This document shows, piece by piece, positions 1-14,351 of a stretch of DNA of 64,000 bases. The notes beneath the pieces are model-generated. The model saw nothing but the letters and a program-made list of their open reading frames with translations. It was not told where the DNA came from and did not search any database. Numbering within the stretch: the stretch's first letter is position 1; each line of letters starts with the position of its first letter. This DNA comes from Eledone cirrhosa (lineage: Eukaryota), in contig OZ024753.1 in NCBI GenBank assembly GCA_964016885.1, forward strand, positions 40,610,001 to 40,674,000, written 5' to 3'. Made by a program: the position numbers and the translations under genes.

Positions 1-21
1 ATATATATATTTATATATATT

Positions 22-98
<77 letters not shown>

Positions 99-516
99 AT
101 ATTTATTTATATATATATATATATTTATTTATATATATTTATTTATATATATTTATATATATTTATATATTTATATTTATATTTATATATATTTATATAT
201 TTATATTTATATATATATTCATACATATTTATATATATATATTTATATATATATTTATATATATTTATATATATATATATATATATATATAATAGAGAGA
301 GAGAGAGAGTGGCTATATTTTGTTTTTTTTCTTACAACTCGAATCATGACATTAAGAGATGTTGAAGTGACTTTGATCAAAAGCAATCTAGTTAATCCAT
401 GGAGAATGAGAACTCTTGCAGGTGCACAATTCAGCTAATGAGCAGACCAGCTTAAAACAACTGGGATGTTGCATCTCTGTTTTATTATTATTATTTCTAT
501 TATGAAAAATTATTAT

Positions 517-553
<37 letters not shown>

Positions 554-1652
554 GTTTTGTTTGTTGTGGAAGTACACGTTTATAGAATTCTTTTACATAA
601 GGTGGTCTCCTCTGGGATTATTTGACAAAAAATAGTTATCTTCTCATTTGTCTTCGGAATATATGAACAAAAACCGAATTTAAGATGGTTAAAAAGTTTT
701 TACCGAAACATTGTTTTAAGCATGTATATATTATGTATATAGCATGTATATATTATGTATATATTATGTAATGTTATATGTATTTCAAAATAGCTTCAGA
801 ATTTGTTGGAAATGGAACTCTCCTCTGAGGTGGTGGTAATAGCCTTCATGGCCTAAATACAAACACCCCTTTCTGTTATTCTTAAATATTAAAGGTGGAC
901 GATATGTTGCTCGAAATATTCTCATCTTTGAGAAATGGAGGATGGGTTTAGAAGACGGAACTCTCCTTGCTTTAAATGTGCGTTAACAATATAAGTAATA
1001 TCTCTGACAATTTTACGAAAAACAGCAATTTTTCACGAACGCCGTTACCAAAATGAATTCCCAATTTCGAATACAAATGTCATTAAACAGAGATATTGAT
1101 TCGCAGCAAGAACGCAAACGAGACCAACCACATCAGCCCGGACAACAATGGTTTCATTCTTGTCAGCAAAATAAAAGAAGACCAACAGTTTCAGGCACAC
1201 CACAAGCACAGATATGCGTAGATATATAAATGTAATTCTACACTAGCATTCTATACTGGTATAGAGAACACTTTGAGTAACAATTTAATTGGGTCTCTTT
1301 GGGCTTCGACAAAGTCAAGGTGAGTAGTTATTAGAATAGTGTTTACTGATTAATTCTACAAATTCTTATTCACTGCTTCAAGGGACCACACCCTTTTGTT
1401 TTGGGTTAATATGCTGCACCATAAGGAAATGCCATCCATACTAAGTTTATTGAGAAATATGTCATCAAGTTCAATGTAAAACAGACTCTGCTTATAAAAC
1501 TCCTATAAACTCCCAAACTAATGTGGCATGATTCCTTGAGAGCCACGTGTAGGTAAAGGGTGTGGTTGAATATTTATTCAATCATCATCATCAACATCAT
1601 CTTCACCATCATAATCATCATCATCGTCGGCATCATCGTTGTCATCGTCATC

Positions 1653-1683
<31 letters not shown>

Positions 1684-1936
1684 ACACCATCATAATTTTC
1701 ATCATCGTCATCATCGTTATCGTCGTCATCATCATCCTGATCTTCATTATCATCATCATCATCATCATCGTGATCATCATCATCGTCATCATCATCATTA
1801 TCACCATAATCATCATCACCGTTTGTCTCCTACAGAGAATATTCATATTAATAGGGAGGACATTAGCTACAGTATACAAAACTGCGAGACGTAGGGTGGG
1901 GCAATGTGTTTGTGAGAGAATTAAAGAAATGGTGCG

Positions 1937-2555
1937 AAAGTAAAATAATTGTTTCTATTTTTGGCACAAGGCCAGCAATTACCCAGTACATTACTGGTAC
2001 TTTATTTTATCGACCCCGTAAGGACGAAAGACAAAGTTAACCTCGGCGGGATTTGAACTCAGATCGTAAAGAGACGTAACTATGCTGGAAAGTATGTCCA
2101 ACCCTCTAAAGATACTGGCAATTCACCGCCCTTGTTGCAAAGTAAAATAATTGTCTCTATTTTAGGCACAAGGCCAGCAATTACCCAGTACATTACTGGT
2201 ACTTTATTTTATCGACCCCGTAAGGACGAAAGGCAAAGTTAACCTCGGCGGGATTTGAACTCAGATCGTAAAGAGACGTAACTATGCTGGAAAGTATGTC
2301 CAACCCTCTAAAGATACTGGCAATTCACCGCCCTTGTTGCAAAGTAAAATAATTGTCTCTATTTTAGGCACAAGGCCAGCAATTACCCAGTACATTACTG
2401 GTACTTTATTTTATCGACCCCGTAAGGACGAAAGGCAAAGTTAACCTCGGCGGGATTTGAACTCAGATCGTAAAGAGACGTAACTATGCTGGAAAGTATG
2501 TCCAACCCTCTAAAGATACTGGCAATTCACCGCCCTTGTTGCAAAGTAAAATAAT
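1937..2555 (-). mobile_element. Three tandem full-length copies of tRNA-derived Meta/MESC-core SINE (family S1), 202-bp period
   Basis: Each unit on the - strand reads GGGCGGTGAATTGCCAGTATC...GAGTTCAAATCCC (B box)...(G)CCTTTCGTCCTTACGGGGTCGATAAAATAAAGTACCAG...GGCCTTGTGCC. AAAGTAAAATAAT recurs at 1937, 2139, 2341 and 2543. Confidence 0.9.
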
Positions 2556-2950
2556 AGAACTCAGTAAACGTTAAAAATTATTAGTCAGATATGTTATCCT
2601 CTCTGCCATTTTGTATTATCACCTCCCCCTACATAACCAAACGAAGAAAATAAATGCAAAAAGAAACTATAAAAATGTAAAAATGAAAAGAAAATCATAC
2701 ACAGAAAAATGAAAAGAAATGCAACAACAAAACAGAACTTCGATCAAATATTTATTGTCCAAACACTGTTCTGACGAGTTAAAAATAATAATAATAACAT
2801 AATAATTATAAAAATATCCACCAAAATATAAAATATAAAGACTAAACAAAACTAGACAACCAACATTGGCTGCACTGTGACAAACTCAAAGATGTAATCT
2901 TGTGGATAGTTTCCCACGCTTATCAAGAAGAATAACTAATATTGTATGTG

Positions 2951-3005
<55 letters not shown>

Positions 3006-3028
3006 GTATATATATATGTATATATATG

Positions 3029-3060
<32 letters not shown>

Positions 3061-3203
3061 TATAGATATGTATATATATATATGTATATAGATATGTATA
3101 TATATAGATATGTATATATATAGATATGTATATATATAGATATGTATATATATAGATATGTATATATATAGATATGTATATATATAGATATGTATATATA
3201 TAG

Positions 3204-3252
<49 letters not shown>

Positions 3253-3794
3253 CACACATATATGTATATATGTATGTATGTATATATGTGTGTATATGTA
3301 TATATATATGTATATGTATGTATATATATATATATATGTATATGTATGTATATGTATGTATATATATATATATGTATATGTATGTATATATATATGTATG
3401 TATATATATATGTATGTATATATATATGTATGTATATATATATGTATGTATATATATATGTATGTATATATATATGTATGTATATGTATGTATGTATATA
3501 TATATATGTATGTATATATATATATGTATGTATATATATATGTATGTATATATATATGTATGTATATATATATATGTATATATGTATGTATATATATATA
3601 TGTGTATGTATATATATATATGTATGTATATATATATGTATGTATGTATATATATATATGTATGTATATATATATGTATGTATATATATATATATATGCA
3701 TATATGTATGTATATATATATGTATGTATATATATATATATATGCATATATGTATGTATATATATATGTATATATATATATGTATATATGTATG

Positions 3795-3834
<40 letters not shown>

Positions 3835-4242
3835 TATGTATATATGTATGTATATATATATGTATGTATATATATATATATGTATGTATATATATATATA
3901 TGTATGTATATATATATATATGTATGTATATATATATATGTATGTATGTATGTATATATATGTATGTATGTATATATATATATGTATGTATGTATATATA
4001 TGTATGTATGTATGTATATATATATGTATGTATGTATATATATATGTATGTATGTATATATATATGTATGTATATATATATATATGTATGTATATATGTA
4101 TATGTGTATATATGTATATGTGTATATGTATATATGTATATATATGTCTATATATATATGTATATATGTATATGTATATATATAGTTCCATTTACTTATG
4201 TTATTTATGCAATATCTAAATGTTTTACTATACGCACACATT

Positions 4243-4306
<64 letters not shown>

Positions 4307-6409
4307 AGTATACATATGAGGTACTATACATACTTAGTATACGTATTGAAGCAATGTGTTTTAGTAATGAAGTTTTGCTACGAGTTATGAGTTCGAATAA
4401 TGCTTACATCGATTTTATATATTTTCATCACACCTGGGTCAATATAATTCTATCGTCTGGTGTTATCGGTTCAATAGATTATAAGTAATTGTAGTGTATA
4501 AAGCAAGGAACATTACAAACTTTAACTAGAAATAAATCGGTAGTGAAGGAAATAAATAAAAAAAGTTATATTAGTGATGAATAATAATAATTTTTTCCAG
4601 AAAATACAGACAAAAAAACTTCAGAAATCTTTCTTTTTATATACTCGTTTCATCAGCGAAGATGTGTCTTTAAACAGCTTGCCGAAATAGTAATGGATGA
4701 ACCACTATGTTAGTGTATATTCATTTGTGGGGTGTCATGAAAAAATTGAGATAGAATGAAAGAATCTAGAGACAGGAAAGGCTCAAGAAACCTTAGGTAT
4801 CTGAGTGTTCGCGTATTTATTAAATGAAAAATGAAAAATCTAACCGTAAATGAATACGTGGAAAAAATTATTCTATGAACTGTATGCTTTTTTTTTTTTT
4901 TTTTGTATGTTTGCGTTTGCCATGTGAACACGGGTGATATTTCTGGATATGACTAGATATGTCGTCTTTACGTCTTTGCATATTTTTTCTGTAACTTGTC
5001 ATAGAAATAGTGAATGGATCACTAAATAAATACTGTGTATTATTTACTTGTTGATTTAAAAAAATAAGAAAGCCCTATTTACAACGCCGCAAATTGGCAG
5101 AATTGTTAAGGCGTAAGAGAAAATACCCTGTGGAATTAATTGTGTCCCAATGCACTCAAAGTTCCAATCCCTTTGAGGAAACATCGACTTTTGACGTTAA
5201 CTTATTCCCTCCTTTACAACAAATCTCAGATATCTTGAAGAGGGAAGTATTATGAATGTCACTTATTCCTTCCCAACTAATGCGTTAAGAAATGTCCTAG
5301 TTATTACTATAACACAATATAGTGTTACTCTAATCGCCATATTTTTATTTATTTTCAGAGAAAGCAATTATTAAGTGCTGCCTTTTATCTCGCATAACAG
5401 TCCGAGCTTTCCATATATAAGATCATAGGTAACGCATATCACGAGGGAGAGGTATCCTATTTCTTGCAGGTCAATAAATCAGGCTAGGATATATTGTTGT
5501 AGTATACAGGATATTTAACAGCCATTTCTAGCAGATCAGCTGACCACATAAAGAGATTTTCTCGTTGACTCAGTTTCAATTCCAGTGAGTAGAAATCTTA
5601 CATCGTTTAGGATGCAAAAACAGATACTTCATATTTAAACACCTTGTATTATATTCGTCTCTCCAATCTAATAGCAGAATTTATAGAATTCAAAGATTGT
5701 GGCTATTTCAAGAGCTTACCAAAGAATTGCAATATAATAGAATTAATAGAACTAGCAGAAAAACCACCATCAGGTGGTTTTCTGCTAGCATGTGTAGTGT
5801 GTATTATACACATATATATGCATGATACATCAAGTAAAATCGTAATTGACAATATACACAGAAATTGAACGAAGTCTATGTTACACTGTCTTCTGTAATC
5901 AGTAAAGTAATTCATGATACATTAAAAAAAAAGATGATATTATATATAAACTGCATTAGGAGAAAATTAGCGACGGAAATATATGCGATATTTTTATAAG
6001 TGTTATAATATAAGGGCCGCTAACTGGAAGTGTTGACATTTGAAAATTTTAAAGAAGTGAATCTTTAAATAAGCTATAAAATATATTTAATCAACAGCCA
6101 CGAAATTTAGCACATAAATTATGTAATATTCATTCATTATTTATTCAAAGTAATCCAACTTATTTTACAAACGGGGTAAAAAAAATATCTTCTGGACGTA
6201 GTCCCGCACTCCTTTCTTTATTATAGTTAAGATAGACATACTGGCATCCTAAACTTTAGCTGCTTAGGAACACAAACTGTCTTTATTCAATCTGTATTAG
6301 GAACTATTGAAATGCCTACTTATAATATACATGCATATTTATAATTTCAAAGATATATATAAATAAATATATAATTATATATATTGAAAAATGGGTGAAA
6401 TCCTTGGTA

Positions 6410-6559
6410 CAGTTAAAGAAAGGAAAGAATTACCTTACTTGTAGTTCTAAACAATTTAATTTAATTTTATAATATTATAATTTTACAATTTGGCAAAACC
6501 AAATTATAAAATTAAATTAAATTGTTTAGAACAAGTGAAGTCATTCTTTTCCTTTTTTC

Positions 6560-6562
<3 letters not shown>
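6410..6562. repeat. AT-rich fold-back inverted repeat ending at (TA)n
   Basis: GAAAGGAAAGAATTACCTTACTTGTAGTTCTAAACAATTTAATTTAATTTTATAAT is mirrored by ATTATAAAATTAAATTAAATTGTTTAGAACAAGTGAAGTCATTCTTTTCCTT. Confidence 0.75.
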
Positions 6563-6591
<29 letters not shown>

Positions 6592-6705
6592 ACAAAGAAA
6601 GAATGGTAATGAGACCATAACACGCACCAGAGAACTCGATACTTAGGGTAGTAGAGCTAGCTGTCGAAACGGCCGAAGCTCAGCCGTCGGGGTCCTGACT
6701 CTTTT

Positions 6706-6707
<2 letters not shown>
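6592..6707. mobile_element. Family A fold-back mini-element (half-hammerhead), internally deleted copy
   Basis: (TA)n on both sides; contains GTCGAAACGGCCGAAGCTCAGCCGTCGGGGTCC and the inverted distal arm shared with other copies. Confidence 0.8.
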
Positions 6708-6747
<40 letters not shown>

Positions 6748-7770
6748 GTTTGTGTGTGCGCGTGTGTATATATGTATGTATGTATAAACTTTTGTGTGAG
6801 TGTCTGCATACACACATTTCCATACTTTATATATTAATATTTGTATAGATTCTTTCTATATTTCATTATAATTATATATGTATATATACTCACACACACA
6901 GATATACACACATTTACGAAAACACATACATAAAACGATGTCAATTTAGATTATCTACAGTGATGTACACATAAACCCACATAGATAGACATAGATAGAT
7001 AGATAGAGAGATAAACACATACATACACACATAATACACACATTCATACTTAAATACAAACAAACTTTATTCATACATAAAGATATACATACATATATAC
7101 ATACATACACACATAAATACATAGATACTTACATAGATACATACATACGTAGATAGAAACATACATAGATACTTACATAGATACATACATACGTAGATAC
7201 AGACATACATACATATGTGTGTACATGCACACGATCTCCAGCCTTGATCGACTGATCAGAACACACTGTGAAAAGCTTCGTCAGAATTAATGGACCGCTC
7301 TTGGCCAAGCTGACAACAAGTGTCAGCCTTTCCCACGCTTAACAAAAGCTCACCATTTTGTAGCATCATTGATGCCATTTCTTAATCCAGCAAGCTAGCC
7401 AGCCAGTCCTCCAGTCAACCAACTATCTTACCAACCAACCAGCCAACCAGCCTGATAGCAAGTAAATTCAGGCAGGCCTACAACAAGACTGCCATACGCC
7501 ATAACCAGCCTACAAGGCAAGCGTGTGTTAAGCCGGTTGGCTGGTTGGTATGTTGTTCAATACTGCATACGGTAAAAACATTTGTAATAGAATAGAATAT
7601 TACTACAGAGCACGCATATGTATATGCTCACACACAGATACACATATGCGTTTGCTGATAAAAAAATACATACATCTATCAACAGACACATGTATATGTG
7701 CATACAATTACATTTGTAAATGCATGTAAAAACATACATGAAAACACACACAGAATATTATTTGTACAAA

Positions 7771-7960
7771 GGGCGGTGGATTAGCAGTATCGGTAGAGGG
7801 TCGGACGTCATGTTTGCAGCATAAAGTTACGGCCCTTTACGGTCTGAGTTCAAATCCCATCGAGGTTAACTTTGCCTTTCATCTTTACGGGGTCGATAAA
7901 ATAAGGTACCAGTAATGCACTGATATAATTGCTGGCCTTGTGCCAAAAGTAGAAACAATT
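7771..7960 (+). mobile_element. SINE S1, full length with target-site duplication
   Basis: A/B boxes, Meta-type core GCCTTTCATCTTTACGGGGTCGATAAAATAAGGTACCAG; ATTATTTGTACA on both sides. Confidence 0.9.
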
Positions 7961-8612
7961 ATTTGTACACGAATTCGTGTTCACCCATACAAAACCATTG
8001 ATGTACTTTATATGACTCGCAAGAGAAAACAATTACCACACTGAGAAATATTCAGAACTTAGATATAGAAGAAAACACCTGTTGGTATTTGTCTGTTCGC
8101 CTATATATATTTTTCTCCTGTTTTCAATTGTTTCGCTGGGTTATGCAATAACGCAATTTAATGTCTAACATCCAAATTTTAAATATATTTGTGGTCTTGG
8201 TAGACAAACTAGTGTTCATAAAATTTAATTGATAATTTATTCTTTTTAAATTAGGCAAATTTTTAAAATACCTGCAGTAGATTTTCATTTTTCTCGTGTT
8301 TTTAATAACGAAATCGCATACTTTCGTAACGTTCTACGGGAACAACAAATACATTTCAAAATCTTGTGGTATCTTGGTTGAATCTTCTTCAAATGATTGA
8401 AGTTCAACTAATTGCTTGAAGCTAACATTTGGTCTGCTTCAGAAATAAAACTTAATGCTTTTCACGAGTACAATTTTTTTTTCAACACAATGATGTAAAG
8501 ATAAACGATAAACACCTGGCTGGAATGTGGTGAATAAGTTCTTTCAAATCCATATCTACAAATAAATGTAAATTAAAGATTTTCGCCTCTTTTTGTTGAT
8601 ACAGAAAAATAG

Positions 8613-8694
<82 letters not shown>

Positions 8695-8695
<1 letters not shown>

Positions 8696-8851
8696 CGAAG
8701 GAGTTGTGGTAAGGAACCAGATGGACCATAACGCACCAGAGTACTCGATACTTAGTGTAGTAGAGAGGGTAATAGGAAAAAGTATGACCCCGACGGCAGA
8801 GCTCAAGCAGTTTCGACGGCTATTTCTGTACTAAATTAGAATTTTTAGTCT

Positions 8852-8853
<2 letters not shown>
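8695..8853 (-). mobile_element. Family A mini-element
   Basis: Reverse complement of the family A long arm, between two (TA)n tracts. Confidence 0.8.
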
Positions 8854-8909
<56 letters not shown>

Positions 8910-9045
8910 GTCGATCGATTTTCATCAAATCGGACCGAGGAAACAATGTATCCGTTTGTCTTTCTAATTGGTAATACTATCTATCGGTCGCAACTCCAGG
9001 TAGAAGGAGCAACGTAAAATAAAGTGTATTGCCTAAGGACATAGT
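8910..9045 (-). mobile_element. SINE S2, 3' part
   Basis: Matches 32530-32665 (…TTTATTTCACGTTGCTCCTTCTACCTGGAGTTGCGACCG…CCTCGGTCCGATTTG). Confidence 0.8.
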
Positions 9046-9340
9046 AATACCTACCACCTTTCGTAACTGTACTCACTCCTTGTTGTTGTTATTTACCTTT
9101 CCAATATATATATATATATATTAAATCTCTATTAAATCTCTCCCAAGGTAACTCTCTCTTGTGTCGTTATTTTAATTTTATCCTTTATACTCTTCCCTTC
9201 TTTCTTCTACACATTTACATATCTTTACACACCACGCATCTCAACGTACACCCACTTACATCTCTCTCTCCACCACCGGATCTTGTTACCCGGAGATTTA
9301 CCCATTTGCATTGTCGAGGCTTCCAAACGACTTAAATATA

Positions 9341-9391
<51 letters not shown>

Positions 9392-9543
9392 TTTGTATTT
9401 ATCTTTTTTGATTTATTCTTAAATTGAGTCTGGCAAACCCTATTGTCTATATTTAGTATCCTCTTCACCTTAGCGAATCTGGTCCCTTACTTATTTGAAC
9501 ACATATATGTATATGTCTGTGTCCGTTTCTCTTTTTTGTTCAG

Positions 9544-9596
<53 letters not shown>

Positions 9597-9601
<5 letters not shown>

Positions 9602-9815
9602 GAAAATATAGAAATTAATTGTTTCTACTATTGGCACAAGGCCAGCAAATACCCAGTACATTACTGGTACTTTATTTTATCGACCCCGTAAGGATGAAAG
9701 GCAAAGTTAACCTCGGCGGGATTTGAACTCAGAATGGCAAAGGCCGTAATGTGAGCAAGAAGCCAACAGTATTTCATAATATATAAGTGACTATAATGTC
9801 AAAATGGGAAATAAT
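9597..9815 (-). mobile_element. Partial SINE S1 nested in the 3' end of a family E element
   Basis: 9617-9748 is S1. The flanks AAATGAAAAT…AATTAAT and AATGTGAGCAAGAAGCCAACAGTATTTCATAAT match the reverse complement of 40490-40575. Confidence 0.75.
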
Positions 9816-10204
9816 ATATATATATATATATATGTATGTATCTATATATAGATATTGGGGCGTTGGCAGTATTTGGAGAATTCATCAATATCAATAACAA
9901 CATTAAAAATTGATTAGATTCCAAAGGTAGTTTGGCTAGAATATAATCCAGGATAGCACAACCGAAAAACAAAATAACCAAGACAAACTTCAGTGAAAGA
10001 CAATGAGGATGTAGTAGTAGCAGTAGCAGTAGTATGAGGAGAAGGCTGAGGAGGGGTGGAAAGGAAACAGTAAGAGCGTGTCTTCAATATTTTTAAACCG
10101 TCAAGCGTCAAAACTGTAAAAATGTATTTTGATCATGTTTTATAGGTCAGCCATTTTTTTCCCAATTTTCTTGTTTTGTTTTTTTTGTCGTTGTAGTTGT
10201 TGTT

Positions 10205-10470
10205 GTTTTTACTAAGGCAAGAGGCATTCATATCAGATACGTTTGTTGTTGTTGTTGTTGTTTTTACTAAGGCAAGAGGCATTCATATCAGATACGTTTG
10301 TTGTTGTTGTTGTTTTTACTAAGGCAAGAGGCATTCATATCAGATACGTTTGTTGTTGTTGTTGTTGTCGTTGTTTTTAACTAAGGCAAGAGGCATTCGT
10401 ATCAGATACGTTTGTTGTTGTTTTTACTAAGGCAAGAGGCATTCATATCAGATACGTTTGTTGTTGTTGT
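10205..10470. repeat. Minisatellite, 5 units of ~50-62 bp
   Basis: ACTAAGGCAAGAGGCATTCATATCAGATACGTT followed by variable (GTT)n, five times. Confidence 0.95.
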
Positions 10471-10497
10471 TGGTGTTGGTGTTGGTGTTGGTGTTGG

Positions 10498-10540
<43 letters not shown>

Positions 10541-11535
10541 AAAGCGACGAGTGTTAGATGAAATAATGATGAAGAAAGAATTATATGTAGTTGAACCTGG
10601 CCTCTTCCATCGTTATATATGTAGATCTGACATTTTATATTTCTCCTCTCTCTCGCCATCCTTTTCTCACCTTCCTCTCTTTCCCTCTCTCCTCCTCTCT
10701 TTCTCTCCCTGTTCTCCTTTCCTCTCTCCTCCTCTCTTTCCTCTCTCTCTCTCAGTCACTCTCTCTTTCTCTCGGTCTATTCCTTTCTCTCTCTCTCTCT
10801 CAGTCGCTCCCTCTCTTTCTCTCAGCCACTCACTTACTTTCTTTCTGTGTCTTCCTCTCTTTCTCTCTCTCAGTCACTCCCTTTCTTTCTCTCGCTCAGT
10901 CATTCCTCTCTTTCTCTCGGTATCTTCCTTTCTCTCTCTCTCTCTCTCTCTCAGTCGCTCCCTCTCTTTCTCACAGCCACTTACTTACTTTCTCTCTCTC
11001 TCTCTCTCAGTCACTCCCCACTTATCTCTCTCAGTCACTCCCTCTCTTCCTCTTCCTCTTAATGGGCCAACTGGAAATTCACTGTTAAAGAACGTGGGAA
11101 AAACATGAAATATTTCTCTTATATCTGTTGTTGTGTCGAGCGACTGACAAATAAAATAATTGCTGCAGATCTCACATCGAGGCGGCGGCGGTGGTGATGG
11201 TGGCGGCGGTGGTGATGGTGGCGGTGGTGGTGGCGGCGGCGGTGGTGGCGGCGGCGGTGGTGGTGGTGGTGGTGGTGATGGTGTTGGTGGTGGTATTGGT
11301 GGCGGTGGTGTTGGCGGTGGTGGTGGTGGTGGTGGTGGTGGTGGTGTTAGTGGGGGAAATAAATGTATGTTTATAAACAATACCAACAATCGATATTGAT
11401 ATGACGGCAACAACAACTTCAACAACAACTGTAAATACAAAAACAACAACAACAACAACAAAAGAACAAAAAAACAAAAACGTTAGCGATCAGATCAACA
11501 ATACAGACATACACACATATATGCATATATGTATG

Positions 11536-11585
<50 letters not shown>

Positions 11586-11719
11586 TGCATATATATATGT
11601 ATGTATATTTATATATATATATATATACATACATACACACATATATGCATATATATATGTATGTATATTTATATATATATATATATACATACATACACAC
11701 ATATATGCATATATGTATG

Positions 11720-11767
<48 letters not shown>

Positions 11768-12026
11768 TACATACATACACACATATATGCATATATATAT
11801 GTATGTATATATGTATATATATATATATATATAAATATACATACATACACACATATATGCATATATGTGTGTATGTATGTATATTTATATATATATATAT
11901 ATATACATACATAAAACACATATATGCATATATGTATGTATGTATGTATATATATATGTATATATATACATACATATATACATACATACATATATGTGTG
12001 TATGTATGTATATATATATATATATA

Positions 12027-12193
12027 AACAAGGAAAGTGTGGTGGACCATGACCTACCAGAGTACTCGATACTTAGGGTAGTAGAGTGGGTAATAGATGA
12101 AAAGAGGCAGGACCCCGACGGCTGAACTCCGGACGTTCGGGTCTAGATGTCGAAACGGCCGGATCTCAGCCGTCGGGGTCCTGACTCTTTTCC
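12027..12193. mobile_element. Family A fold-back mini-element
   Basis: Palindromic core GGACCCCGACGGCTGA…TCAGCCGTCGGGGTCC, (TA)n flanks. Confidence 0.85.
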
Positions 12194-12320
12194 TATATAT
12201 ATATATATATATATATGTATGTAGATGTGTGTGTGTGTGGTGGTGGTGTTGGTGGTGAAATAAATACATGCATACATACATACATACATACACACGTACA
12301 TATATACATGCATACATACA

Positions 12321-12887
12321 TGGTGGCTGCCAACTCGTTTTCGAGTACGGCCACTACTTTATATCCATGTAGGAGAACACCTACCGATGTGCTGAACGAG
12401 TGTGACATTTTAGTCCAGCCAGCGACTTGAAAACTCTGGTACAAACACTACACTTGTGACAATTATTGACACATAGTTCTGGGCCCATGGTACCATGTGA
12501 CGACAAGTGCAGAGAGATCTCCAGATATAAAGCAATGCCTGTGCCGTGAAGCGTTTATAGTGAGTAAAGGCACTGCAGTCCCACTCTCTTAACCAAGATG
12601 ATATTTACCAAAAAGAAGAACAAGTCAACATCATTGGATACCATCAGGGTTGCAGGTGTTATATCAGAGTTTTCCTTCTCCTAGAATTCTGTCGTGACAA
12701 AGGCTAAGGGGTCATCTCTCCCGGTGATTTTGGATGGCCATTGACTCTTAAGAGCTCCTTTGCCCATTGACAGGTTTTGTTTTTAGTCCTGCAGGATGTC
12801 CAAAGTCACCCTCCTCACCAAGAAACCTTGGCGGGGTTGCCAGTTTAGTCGCCAATGACCCGACCATGGGACAGGTTGTACTGGAAT
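12321..12887 (-). mobile_element. Non-autonomous RTE-like retroposon (family H), copy 1
   Basis: Highly similar to 13593-14170. The - strand carries TAGGAGAAGGAAAACTCTGA, a motif I recognise from RTE-clade 5' regions, and ends in a (TATG)n tail. Confidence 0.6.
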
Positions 12888-13342
12888 ACATACATACATA
12901 CATACATACATACATACATACATACATACATACATACATACATACATACGCATAGACATATATTCCGTCAGGAACAACACAGATGACAATTAAAGCAAGA
13001 TATTCGAAAGATCATGTAGAGAGATAATTTCTATTATTGAAAAGTTGACTCATGACAGTTTCTTCAGTGAAGGATTGCTCTCTACACAAACATACAGACG
13101 CGTGTTCACATGGTGAAGATTAATTTTGACATATTTAATGTTAATGGCTATTCAGTGATAATATTTTTAATTAGCAACAATTATCAATAATCACACTCTA
13201 TTGTAATGAATGTTAGTGTTTAATCAATCTAAATTATTCTCAAATATAATATATTCGGCGTCTATCTGTCTGTCAGTTTCATTCTATACACACACTAATA
13301 TATATATATATCTATCTATATATATATATATATATATATATA

Positions 13343-13520
13343 GGAAAAGAGTCAGGACCCCAACGGCTGAGCTCCGGCCGTTTCGACATCTAGACCCGAA
13401 CGACAGGAGCTCAGCCGTCGGAAACCTGACTCTTTTCGTATTACCCACTCTACTACAGTAAGTATCGAGTACTCTGGTGCATTATGGGGTCCACCTGGTA
13501 TCTTACCACACTTTCTTTGT
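13343..13520. mobile_element. Family A fold-back mini-element
   Basis: Opposite orientation to 12027-12193, same loop sequence GACATCTAGACCCGAAC. Confidence 0.85.
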
Positions 13521-13592
13521 TATATATATATACATATATATTTATGTATATATATATATATTTATGTATGTATTTATATATATATACATACA

Positions 13593-14170
13593 TGGTGGCT
13601 GCCAACTCGTTTTCGAGTACGTCCACTACTTTATATCCGTGTAGGAGAACTCCTACCGATGTGCTGAACGAGTGTGACTTTTTAGTCCAGCCAGCGACTT
13701 GAAAACTCTGGTACAAACACTACACTTGTGACAATTATTGACACATAGTGCTGGGCCCATGGTACCATGTGACGACAAGTGCAGAGAGATCTCCAGATAT
13801 AAAGCAATGCCTGTGCCGTGAAGCTTTTATAGTGAGCAAAGGCACTGCACAAAGCCAGTCCCACTCTCTTAACCAAGATGATATTTACCAAAAAGAAGAA
13901 CAAGTGAACATCATTAGATACCATCAGGGTTGCAGGTGTTATATCAGAGTTTTCCTTCTCCCAGAATTCTGCCTTGGCAAAGGCTAAGGGATCATCTCTC
14001 CCGGTGATTTTGGATGGCCATTGACCCTTAAGAGTTCCTTTGCCCTTTGACAGGTTTTGTTTTTAGTCCAAGAAACCTTGGAGGGGTTGCCAGTTTAGTC
14101 GCCAACGACCCGACCCTGAGACAGGTTGTACTGGGATACATGTTACCAGTAGCACCAACTGGTGACCTGA
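13593..14170 (-). mobile_element. Non-autonomous RTE-like retroposon (family H), copy 2
   Basis: Direct repeat of 12321-12887 with a ~30-nt deletion and a slightly longer right end. Confidence 0.6.
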
Positions 14171-14311
14171 CATATATATATACATACATATATATATACA
14201 GAATATATATATATATATACATAGGGAATGTAACGCCCAGTTACTGTAGGTTCACCTGTGAGCAATCGCTGCGTAGTTTCAATAAACGGAATGACGACAT
14301 AACAAACCGTC

Positions 14312-14351
<40 letters not shown>

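Noticed and set aside
1560-1943. His-rich, Ile-rich and Met-rich ORFs; similar poly-Gly/Pro/Thr ORFs at 11160-11477 and 58897-59434
   Set aside because: Degenerate (CAT)n and (GGT)n microsatellites with no supporting gene structure.
2886-4319. Long ORFs (up to 451 aa) here and at 35711-37001, 45604-46451, 51856-52532 and 60290-61020
   Set aside because: Translations of (TA)n/(TATG)n microsatellites (IYIY repeats), open in several frames on both strands.
430-5040. Degenerate hammerhead-like strings at ~435-480, ~4655-4715 and ~4940-5035
   Set aside because: Core nucleotides are mutated and stems incomplete; may be old relics but cannot be supported.
5752-5788. Hairpin CTAGCAGAAAAACCACC-ATCA-GGTGGTTTTCTGCTAG resembling a bacterial terminator
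   Set aside because: Eukaryotic context, no upstream gene, single copy.
10205-10470. CRISPR-like appearance of a constant 33-nt repeat with variable spacers
   Set aside because: The spacers are only (GTT)n of varying length; no cas genes; eukaryotic minisatellite.
12780-12887. HDV-like ribozyme at the 5' end of family H or in the GC-rich repeat at 24648
   Set aside because: I could not assemble the nested double pseudoknot by eye; this needs a descriptor search.
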